Positions 7,815-14,991 of a DNA stretch of 32,000 nt are shown here, in pieces. Position 1 is the stretch's first letter, and each line of letters begins with the position of its first letter. The DNA is from Desulfobulbus propionicus DSM 2032 (GTDB lineage Bacteria > Desulfobacterota > Desulfobulbia > Desulfobulbales > Desulfobulbaceae). The stretch covers positions 420,001-452,000 of the forward strand of contig NC_014972.1 in assembly GCF_000186885.1 (NCBI RefSeq), read 5' to 3'. The position numbers were made by a program, and so were the translations under genes. A model generated the notes under the pieces. It saw nothing but the letters and a program-made list of their open reading frames with translations. It did no database searches and was not told the DNA's origin.

Positions 7815-9704
7815 GTGCCCATGCCCACACTCATTGTTTGTCAGGATGCCCACGATTATCGGGTGATCGATTTTGTCGGCTCGGTCACCATCGGTCGCGA
7901 AAACGATAACGACCTTGTGCTGGCCTCACCCCAGGTTTCCCGGCACCATGCATCCGTCGCTCAGCGGGAAAACGGCGACTACATGCTGTTTGATCATGAA
8001 AGTACCAACGGTGTCTGGATGGAGCAGCGCCGGGTCAACGGTGTCCGTCTCGGCCACGGGGCAAGCTTTCGCATCACCAACTTTTCTTTTACCTTCCTTG
8101 ATGAACAGCACGATGACCGCCCTTCGAAAGTGTTTGCCTCGGAGGGCGAGAGCGGGCCGCCTGCACGGCAACGACCGCTGGATTCGGCCACTGTTCTTTT
8201 TAATCGGGGATCGGATTCGGCGGCCGAGGCGCCCGCCGTAGAACGGCCTGCTCCCTTGATGAATGAGGAAACGGTGGCGATGGTACCCCTTGCCAGCCTG
8301 TTTCTCGCCCTGCAGACCATTGACGAGGCCATCACCTTGGGCGAGCGGATTCTGGCTGGCGCCGTGCAGTTGACCGGAGCTGATCGCGGCTTTCTCGCCC
8401 TGCTCAACGAGAAGAACGAACTGTTATACACGGCGACCCACCGGTTCGATCCGCGCAAGGACAGTCTGGAGATCAGCCGGGAGGCGGTTCAACTGGTGAT
8501 GGAGCAATGCCGTTCGATCCGGATCGAAGAGGAGGGACAGGAACGACGCAAGGGCAAGGGCCGAGCCCGCTCGGTGCTCTGTGTGCCGCTGGTGCGCGAG
8601 GACAAGGCGTCCGGCTGCCTGTATCTCGATCACCCAAACGATGCTTTTTTCGACGTTGCGGCGCAGAGCCTTCTCGAAATTCTGGCCTTGCACGGTGCCG
8701 TCCTGCTCGACAATCTCAATAGCCGCCAACGGCTGTTTCGGGAGCGAGAATCCCTCAAATCCCGGCTTGCCTCCAAGGATGAAACCATTGTCAAGAGCGA
8801 GAAAATGGTCAAGCTCTATGAGGATATCCGCACCATTGCCGCCATCAATGTGCCGGTGTTCATCCAGGGCGAGGCCGGCAGCGGCAAGGAGCATGTGGCT
8901 GCGGCGCTGCATGCTTTTTCCCAGCGCAAGGGAGCGTATATCCCTCTGAACTGCTCGGCCATTCCCGAAGGCATTTTTGAAAGCGAGCTGTTCGGTTCAA
9001 AAAAAGGCGCCTTTCACGAGGCGATCGACAAGCCGGGCAAACTGGAATTGGCTGATGGCGGCACCCTGTTTCTCGATGAAGTGGCCGATATGTCCCTTGC
9101 CCTGCAGCCCAAGCTGCTGCGGTTTCTTGAAAACGGCGAGATCACCCGTCTGGGTGATACCCGCAGCCGCCGGTTGGATGTGCGGGTGGTGACCGCCACC
9201 AACCGTGATGTGGCCGCGATGATCCAGGAACATCAATTCCGCGACGACCTGTTCCAGCGGCTTTCCTGCTTTACCCTCAAGGTGCCGCCGTTGCGCGAGC
9301 GGCTGGAGGATATCGAGCCTCTGAGCCATTATTTCCTGGAGAAGTTCTCGGCCGAGTACAATTGGAAAACGCCCCGCCTGACCGAGAGTGCCCTGCAACG
9401 GCTCACCCAGTACCCGTGGCCCGGTAATGTCCGCCAGTTGCGCAACGTGCTGTTGCGCCTCGCCGTTCAGTCCCAGGGCAGAATGATCACCGAGCGTGAT
9501 ATACTGGCTCTCTCCGATGAATTCGGCAGCAAGGAGGAACCGGCACGGATCGAAGTCTTTCCCAGCCTGGAAGAGATGGAGAAGAACCACCTTCGGGCGG
9601 CCCTGGAGCGGGCGGACGGCAACATCTCCGATGCCGCGGCCTTGGTGGGAATCGCCCGTTCCACCTTTTACCAAAAAATGAAAAAGTACGAAATTTCAAT
9701 ATAA
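7815..9704 (+). CDS. FHA-GAF-AAA+-Fis sigma-54-type enhancer-binding regulator
   Basis: FHA motif VTIGRENDNDLVLASPQVSRHHA...STNGVW; GAF-like middle; AAA+ GEAGSGKE, GTLFLDEVADM, VRQLRNVLLRL; Fis-type HTH C-terminus AAALVGIARSTFYQKMKK. Sigma-54 contact loop reads GAFHEA rather than GAFTGA. Confidence 0.9.
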   Translation: MPMPTLIVCQDAHDYRVIDFVGSVTIGRENDNDLVLASPQVSRHHASVAQRENGDYMLFDHESTNGVWMEQRRVNGVRLGHGASFRITNFSFTFLDEQHDDRPSKVFASEGESGPPARQRPLDSATVLFNRGSDSAAEAPAVERPAPLMNEETVAMVPLASLFLALQTIDEAITLGERILAGAVQLTGADRGFLALLNEKNELLYTATHRFDPRKDSLEISREAVQLVMEQCRSIRIEEEGQERRKGKGRARSVLCVPLVREDKASGCLYLDHPNDAFFDVAAQSLLEILALHGAVLLDNLNSRQRLFRERESLKSRLASKDETIVKSEKMVKLYEDIRTIAAINVPVFIQGEAGSGKEHVAAALHAFSQRKGAYIPLNCSAIPEGIFESELFGSKKGAFHEAIDKPGKLELADGGTLFLDEVADMSLALQPKLLRFLENGEITRLGDTRSRRLDVRVVTATNRDVAAMIQEHQFRDDLFQRLSCFTLKVPPLRERLEDIEPLSHYFLEKFSAEYNWKTPRLTESALQRLTQYPWPGNVRQLRNVLLRLAVQSQGRMITERDILALSDEFGSKEEPARIEVFPSLEEMEKNHLRAALERADGNISDAAALVGIARSTFYQKMKKYEISI

Positions 9705-9724
9705 TAAGAATTGAATCGCTTTGC

Positions 9725-9775
9725 TTGTAGGAAAATCGAACAGGCGAACACGCTGTCTGTCCGATTTTCCTACAA
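9725..9775. promoter_or_regulatory. Long inverted repeat, candidate enhancer/UAS or hairpin
   Basis: TTGTAGGAAAATCGAACAG (9725-9743) against CTGTCCGATTTTCCTACAA (9757-9775), 18/19 complementary; half-site recurs at 9835-9847. Confidence 0.55.
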
Positions 9776-9980
9776 TTTGCTCTTTGCCTGAAAATTCCCT
9801 TTTTTCAAGATGATCACTCTTTTTCTCCTCCGCGCTGTTCGATTTTCGAACATTTGCGCGATCCCCCGCAAGGGAACCCCCGAGGGGGTGCCTCCGGTGG
9901 CCATCGCCGGTACAGCTGGCTTGGAAATGATGATGCCATATTTCAGTGTGTTGCGACTCGTTCGCGGCGCAAATCTGCAC

Positions 9981-9997
9981 TTGGCACGCTCGTTGCT
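9981..9997 (+). promoter_or_regulatory. Sigma-54 (-24/-12) promoter
   Basis: TTGGCACGCTCGTTGCT: GG and GC separated by exactly 10 nt, near-perfect match to YTGGCACGRNNNTTGCW, 75 bp before the start of the repeat protein gene. Confidence 0.9.
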
Positions 9998-10071
9998 TTA
10001 GCTGTGGCAACCAGTTTTGCTGTCTGTCAGCATAAGAACGAACATCAAGCACCTATTTGAGGAGGTTCATC

Positions 10072-10920
10072 ATGAAAAAAACAGTTTTCACAGCCGCTGT
10101 TATCTTTGCTTTGTCCGCCGGAGTTGCCCATGCCGATCATCGTGATCGCGGCGACTCGACGTTGCTGGGTTCTTTCGGCAGCAAACATCGAGGCGGGGCG
10201 ATCCATCACAACACCTTTGCCGCGCAGCCCATCACCAACACCAATTCCAACGTCATCACCATCAATACCTCGGCAACCCAGACCGCCACCCAGACCGCAA
10301 GCGCCACTTCGCCGGTGACCCAGACAACAACTTCCACCTCCACCTCTGACTCCGGCAGCAACGCCACCGCCACCAGCAGCAACACAGACAGTTCCACCAC
10401 CACGGCTGGCACCGATACCTCAGCCTCCACCACCGATTCGACCACGGACAGCACCACGGATACCACGGCGTCGACCACCGACAGCACCGATACCGCCGCT
10501 GACAGCACGGCCGATACCGCGACCGATGCCACCGCCGATGCCACGACCACCAGCGAGCAGAACGACGACCAGGATGGTCTCCAGGCCGAGATCCGCAACG
10601 AAATCAAAGGAGTTGGCAATATCTCCAGCACCATCTCCGGTGGCAACAACAACTTGGCCAACGCCGCCTCCATCTCCGTAGGCGGCAGTGCTCAGAGCAC
10701 TGATTCCATCATCAACAAGGTCAGTTCCGCCGGCAACATCTCCAGTTCGATCAAAGGCGGCAACAACAACCGCGCCAATGCAGCGTCCATCTCCATGGGC
10801 GGCGGCATCGCGGTCAAAGGCCGGGTGATCAACGAGGTTGAGGGCGCCGGCGATATTTCCAGTTCCATCGAGGGCGGCAACAACAACCAGGCTAACGCCG
10901 GTTCCATCGCCATCAACTGA
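10072..10920 (+). CDS. Secreted curlin-like repeat protein with Thr/Ser/Asp-rich linker
   Basis: RBS AGGAGG at 10059; signal peptide MKKTVFTAAVIFALSAGVAHA; TTSTTDST-rich linker; three C-terminal 39-residue-period repeats containing GNISSxIxGGNNNxANAASI. Confidence 0.75.
   Translation: MKKTVFTAAVIFALSAGVAHADHRDRGDSTLLGSFGSKHRGGAIHHNTFAAQPITNTNSNVITINTSATQTATQTASATSPVTQTTTSTSTSDSGSNATATSSNTDSSTTTAGTDTSASTTDSTTDSTTDTTASTTDSTDTAADSTADTATDATADATTTSEQNDDQDGLQAEIRNEIKGVGNISSTISGGNNNLANAASISVGGSAQSTDSIINKVSSAGNISSSIKGGNNNRANAASISMGGGIAVKGRVINEVEGAGDISSSIEGGNNNQANAGSIAIN
10591..10917 (+). repeat. Three tandem coding repeats (39 codons; last one 31) of GNISSxIxGGNNNxANAxSI type
   Basis: Units start at 10591, 10708 and 10825: IRNEIKGVGNISSTISGGNNNLANAASISV..., IINKVSSAGNISSSIKGGNNNRANAASISM..., VINEVEGAGDISSSIEGGNNNQANAGSIAIN. 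Confidence 0.9.
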
Positions 10921-11009
10921 TGTGCTTCCTCCCTCCGTGTCGCGGTCCGCATGTGCTGCGGCACGGAGTATCCCCTATTGCAAATGTTATCCTTCTGCGG
11001 AGAACCATC

Positions 11010-11603
11010 ATGAAAGTCCTGCATATTCTTACCATCGGCGCCCTGCTGCTGGCACCGGCCCTCAGCCAGGCGGACATGCTCGGCCTGCGCGTCGAGAACC
11101 GGGTCAAGGGCGGCGAGTACAGCGCCCGAACCAAGGGCAACAACAACATCGCCAACGCGGCCTCGATCAACATGACCGGCAGCACGGCGCGCGAGGTCAA
11201 CAATCGGGTTCAGGCCGCCGGCGCGATCTCCGCCTCGGCCACCGGCAACAACAACACCGTCAACAGCGCTTCGGTGCAGATGCAGAACTCGACCGCCGGT
11301 AAAGTGTCCAATACGGTCAAGGTTGATTCCATCGGCAACACGGTGCGGGGCAACAACAACATCTCCAATATCGGTTCGGTGTCGATGCGCAATTCCGCGG
11401 CCGGCGTGGTGACTTCCGAAGTGACCGGAGGTCAGTTGAACGGCGTGATCGACGGCAACAACAACCGCCTCAATGTCGGGTCGGTGCAGATGACCGAGGC
11501 CCAGCGCGGTGAGGTAATGACCAAAACCGATCTCGGCAACGTCTCGGTGTCGATGTCCGGCAGCAATTCCAGCGTGGCCATCGATTCGGTGGTCGCCAAC
11601 TGA
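11010..11603 (+). CDS. Second secreted GNNN-repeat (curlin-like) protein
   Basis: MKVLHILTIGALLLAPALSQA signal peptide, then about five ~35-residue units with G-N-N-N-x-x-N-x-x-S-[VI]-x-M cores. Confidence 0.75.
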   Translation: MKVLHILTIGALLLAPALSQADMLGLRVENRVKGGEYSARTKGNNNIANAASINMTGSTAREVNNRVQAAGAISASATGNNNTVNSASVQMQNSTAGKVSNTVKVDSIGNTVRGNNNISNIGSVSMRNSAAGVVTSEVTGGQLNGVIDGNNNRLNVGSVQMTEAQRGEVMTKTDLGNVSVSMSGSNSSVAIDSVVAN

Positions 11604-11623
11604 CAGCGACGGAGGATCATTCC

Positions 11624-11947
11624 ATGCAAACGATCACCGCGACCCTGGTGCTGTCCCTGCTGCTGACGGGAATCTTCCGCGCGGACCCCGTCCGCGCCGA
11701 CGACCTCGATGACGGCATCACCATTGATGATTCGGCCTATTCGTACGGCAATATCAGCAGTTCGAGCCAAAATTTCTCCTATCTCGCCCAGCGGGCGCGG
11801 AGCAAGGCCGCATCGGGGTCCGGTGACGTGGTCCTGTCCGACAGCGGCGCGCTCAACAGCGTCATCCTCGATGCAGGGGCGCAGATCAATGGCGACATCA
11901 TCATCATCGATGATTCTTCGGGCGACAAGACCGTTATTTCCAATTAA
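11624..11947 (+). CDS. Third small secreted protein of the cluster
   Basis: 107 aa; signal peptide ending VRADD; GNISSSSQN segment; C-terminus INGDIIIIDDSSGDKTVISN. Confidence 0.6.
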   Translation: MQTITATLVLSLLLTGIFRADPVRADDLDDGITIDDSAYSYGNISSSSQNFSYLAQRARSKAASGSGDVVLSDSGALNSVILDAGAQINGDIIIIDDSSGDKTVISN

Positions 11948-11966
11948 TCCAGCGTGAGGGACGAGC

Positions 11967-13460
11967 ATGCCGTTTGTGACCATCAGACCCCGATCCCGGC
12001 GAGCGCCGGGCCTTTTGCTGTTGATGCTGCCGCTGGTTTTCCTGGGGCTGACCTCCTGCTCCTCGATTGACCCGCGCCAGGTGGATGTTGATCTGCCGTC
12101 GGACATGCCGGAGGTCAAGGAAACCAGCTTCGACAAGCCGCTGGCCGAATTGGGGCGGATGACCCAGATCTACGGCAAGCGGGCTTATATTCAGGGCAAG
12201 GATATCACCGACTTCACCGGCCTTTCCACCTATGGGTACGGTGAGATCCCGCGTGACATCACCGAGATGACCAAAAGCGCGCTCAACGCCATCGGCGGCA
12301 ACGTGGTCTACATCCCCTACAGTCCGGTGTTCATCAACAACCAGATGGTGACCGGTTATTCCAATTTCCAGGGCAAGCTGATTCCCGATGTCGTCCTCTC
12401 CGGCGGCATCACCGAATTTGACCGGGGCCTGGAAACCAGGGGCAGCAACACCGATTTCGGTGTGACCACCAAACCGTTCAACGTCAACGAATCCTGGGTG
12501 CCAGGCGATACCATATCCCTCGATTACAACCAGGAAGATCAGGATAGCCTGGCCCGGATCACCCTTGATTTCAACCTGCTCGATTTCCAGACCATGTCTG
12601 GCGTGGCCCGCATGCAGACGGTCAACACCATCAACGTCTACAAGGCGGTCAAGGAAAAAGAGCTCGGCTTTACCATCTTTGGCCCGACCTTCGGCCTCAA
12701 GGGCACGGTCAAGAAGGTGCAGGGCCGGCATGCGGCCATCCGTCTGCTGGTCCAGACCAGTGTGCTGCAGATCGTCGGCAAATACCTCTATCTGCCCTAC
12801 TGGAAGCTGATCCCCAACATGAAGCCCGATCCAGTGGTGCTCGACAAGATCCGTCAGGATTTCCGCAACCTGAGCCAAACCGACAAGGTCGGCGAAATGC
12901 AGACCTGTCTCTACCTCAAGGGGTACAATGTGCCAGTTACCGGCCAGCTCGATGCCCAGACCCAGTCCGCTCTGACCAGCTTCAAGCAGCAGTATGCAGT
13001 CCAGGGGGCGGGTGACGCCGAATTGTATGTCGCGCTGTGGAGTTCACTGGGTGACAACATGGAGCAGGTATCCTATCGCCGCGAACTGCTGGCCAGGGCC
13101 TTGGAGAATCCAAGCCAGCAGGCGGCGGTCGCCAAGGCGCCGGCGAAGAAGGAACCGGCCAAAGAGGTGGCCAACAGGGCGGCTGCACCTTCCGAGAAGG
13201 TGGCGACCCGCAAGGCGGCCGACAAATCCAGCGGGAAAAAGGATGTTCCGGCCCAGCGACGGGCCAGTTCCGGCCCGGCTGCCGTGGCCAGCACCGCGCC
13301 ATCCGAGATCAAGGCCGCAGGATCGGTCTCGAAAGAATCGACTCCTGTCAACCAGGACAAGGATCGCAACGACATCGCCCAGGTGTTGCGTAGTCAGCCG
13401 GTCCTGGGGAATAAAAATTCAGCGGAGGCAATGATCAATGAAAGGCGCATGGCCGAATAA
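11967..13460 (+). CDS. CsgG/HfaB-like outer-membrane lipoprotein with C-terminal peptidoglycan-binding-like domain
   Basis: Lipobox LGLTSC; PDVVLSGGITEFDRG, ARITLDFNLLDFQTMSGVARMQTVNTINVYKA and GRHAAIRLLVQTSVLQIVGKY match the CsgG-family pattern; GEMQTCLYLKGYNVPVTGQLDAQTQSALTSFKQQY is PG_binding_1-like. Confidence 0.7.
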   Translation: MPFVTIRPRSRRAPGLLLLMLPLVFLGLTSCSSIDPRQVDVDLPSDMPEVKETSFDKPLAELGRMTQIYGKRAYIQGKDITDFTGLSTYGYGEIPRDITEMTKSALNAIGGNVVYIPYSPVFINNQMVTGYSNFQGKLIPDVVLSGGITEFDRGLETRGSNTDFGVTTKPFNVNESWVPGDTISLDYNQEDQDSLARITLDFNLLDFQTMSGVARMQTVNTINVYKAVKEKELGFTIFGPTFGLKGTVKKVQGRHAAIRLLVQTSVLQIVGKYLYLPYWKLIPNMKPDPVVLDKIRQDFRNLSQTDKVGEMQTCLYLKGYNVPVTGQLDAQTQSALTSFKQQYAVQGAGDAELYVALWSSLGDNMEQVSYRRELLARALENPSQQAAVAKAPAKKEPAKEVANRAAAPSEKVATRKAADKSSGKKDVPAQRRASSGPAAVASTAPSEIKAAGSVSKESTPVNQDKDRNDIAQVLRSQPVLGNKNSAEAMINERRMAE

Positions 13461-13758
13461 TTTCGGAGGCGGTTTGCTGGCGGGGGGGCTGGTGGTCCTG
13501 TTGGCCGGTCTGCTCATGGGAGCGGTTCATCACGATCCGCCTTCCCTGCCGGTGGCGGTGCTCGACCCGCAGGTGGAACGGCCCGTGCCCCTTGCCAGCA
13601 ATGGTCGTTATCAGATTGTCACCTGGCAGGGCGGCGGCGGATACGGGGCCTTTGTCCTCGACACCGCGACCGGCACCACCAAGGTCGCCTACAGCTCGAT
13701 CAAAGGACCGGGTGGCAAAAGCGTCAACAATATCGGCAAACCCTTTGCCCAGATGTAA
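13438..13758 (+). CDS. Small membrane-anchored protein of the cluster
   Basis: 106 aa with N-terminal TM (GGGLLAGGLVVLLAGLLMG); start overlaps the CsgG-like gene by 23 nt. Confidence 0.6.
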   Translation: MKGAWPNNFGGGLLAGGLVVLLAGLLMGAVHHDPPSLPVAVLDPQVERPVPLASNGRYQIVTWQGGGGYGAFVLDTATGTTKVAYSSIKGPGGKSVNNIGKPFAQM

Positions 13759-13768
13759 GGAGTATGCA

Positions 13769-14950
13769 ATGCAGTGCAGTGATCGGACGGAGGAGTTGAA
13801 AATGAAGTGGTGGCAAAAGTTGCAACCCGTGGCTGCGGAGTTGATCATCCTGGCGCTAGTGCTGGCTGCTGTGCTGGCGGCCAACCTCGGCCATGCGGCC
13901 ACAGCCGGTGGCCCGGCGCAGGGGTATGGATTGAAGATCTTCCGCGTGGAGTCGGGACTGTATCCCTTTGTTCATGTCTACATGCGCACCTTTGACCAGG
14001 AAATGAATCCCCTGGTCAACCTCAACGTGCTCAACATCGGGGTGATGGTCGAGGGACGGGCCTACGATCCGAGAAAAAAACAGTATGTCATTCAACCGTT
14101 GCGCAACCGGGAGGAAGCGACCCGCTCCATCCTGGTGCTCGACACCAACAAGATGCTGAAGGGGCAGGATTTTGAAGCCATGATCCGGGCAGCGGCCCGG
14201 TTCATCGACGCCAAGCGGCCCCAGGATCAGGTGGCCCTGATCGCCCTGGACAACAGTGGCGAGGGATATACGGTCTTGTCCAATTTCGACCGCGAACCGG
14301 GCATCCTCGGTCGGCGGCTGGCCGATCTGCAGCCGCGCGGCGACAAGACCAGGCTCTACGACGGGGTGGCGGCCGCCATGCAGATGGCCGGTGGCGCGGT
14401 GGGCGGCGATTCCTCCAGCGAGGTGGAATACATTGTTTCGACCTCGATCATCGTGCTGGGGAGCGGCCGGGATGACGACAGCGCCATCAGCCGTTCCGAT
14501 CTGATGACCCGCATTTCCAGCCTGAAAATTCCGGTGCCGATCTATTCGTTGTGCTTTACCGGTCCCGAGGGCAAGGATCAGCGCAACCTGCAGGCCCTGT
14601 CGAAGAATTCCTTCGGCAAGTACTACTCCATTGGCGGCGCCTACGACACCATCACGCGCAATATCGAGGATATTCAAAACATCATGCAGAGCGACTACGT
14701 GCTCACCTTCCGGGCCTACATTCCGGTGGACGGCGGCAGGCACAATGTCAAGATCGGGGTCGAATATCCGACCGGCAGCGGCATCATGTACTATGACGCC
14801 TCCGTGTTCGAGGCCATCGAACCGCCGACCTTCCCCCGGATCATCGAGGCGCAGCAGAAGCTCGACAAGGCGATCCCCGCGCTCAAGGATGAGGAATTGT
14901 ATCTGAAAAATCCTTACGCTCCGGCGGCGGTACCGGGCGGGAAAAGCTGA
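13769..14950 (+). CDS. VWA-domain protein, membrane anchored/exported
   Basis: SILVLDTNKML, QVALIALDNSGEGYTVLSNFDREPGILGRRLADLQPRGDKTRLYDGVAAAM and VSTSIIVLGSGRDDDSAIS follow VWA layout; start chosen for RBS aaggag at 13757-13762. The track start at 13592 is an extension into the previous gene. Confidence 0.75.
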   Translation: MQCSDRTEELKMKWWQKLQPVAAELIILALVLAAVLAANLGHAATAGGPAQGYGLKIFRVESGLYPFVHVYMRTFDQEMNPLVNLNVLNIGVMVEGRAYDPRKKQYVIQPLRNREEATRSILVLDTNKMLKGQDFEAMIRAAARFIDAKRPQDQVALIALDNSGEGYTVLSNFDREPGILGRRLADLQPRGDKTRLYDGVAAAMQMAGGAVGGDSSSEVEYIVSTSIIVLGSGRDDDSAISRSDLMTRISSLKIPVPIYSLCFTGPEGKDQRNLQALSKNSFGKYYSIGGAYDTITRNIEDIQNIMQSDYVLTFRAYIPVDGGRHNVKIGVEYPTGSGIMYYDASVFEAIEPPTFPRIIEAQQKLDKAIPALKDEELYLKNPYAPAAVPGGKS

Positions 14951-14991
14951 TCCTGTCCTTCGGCGTGGATTGATAGCGCAACACGGTTCTT

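Noticed and set aside
9876-9889. ACCCCC-GA-GGGGGT hairpin upstream of the sigma-54 promoter
   Set aside because: Only 6 bp with a 2-nt spacer; could be chance in GC-rich sequence and has no second copy nearby.
10249-10572. Repetitive GACAGCACCACGGATACC-like tract as a possible CRISPR or VNTR
   Set aside because: No constant repeat/spacer arrangement; the tract is the in-frame Thr/Ser/Asp-rich linker of a secreted protein.
11934-12878. 314 aa minus-strand ORF
   Set aside because: Antisense shadow of the CsgG-like lipoprotein gene, which has a lipobox and family-like motifs.
13592-13768. N-terminal extension of the VWA ORF in the track
   Set aside because: It overlaps the upstream small gene and a better RBS precedes the Met at 13769.
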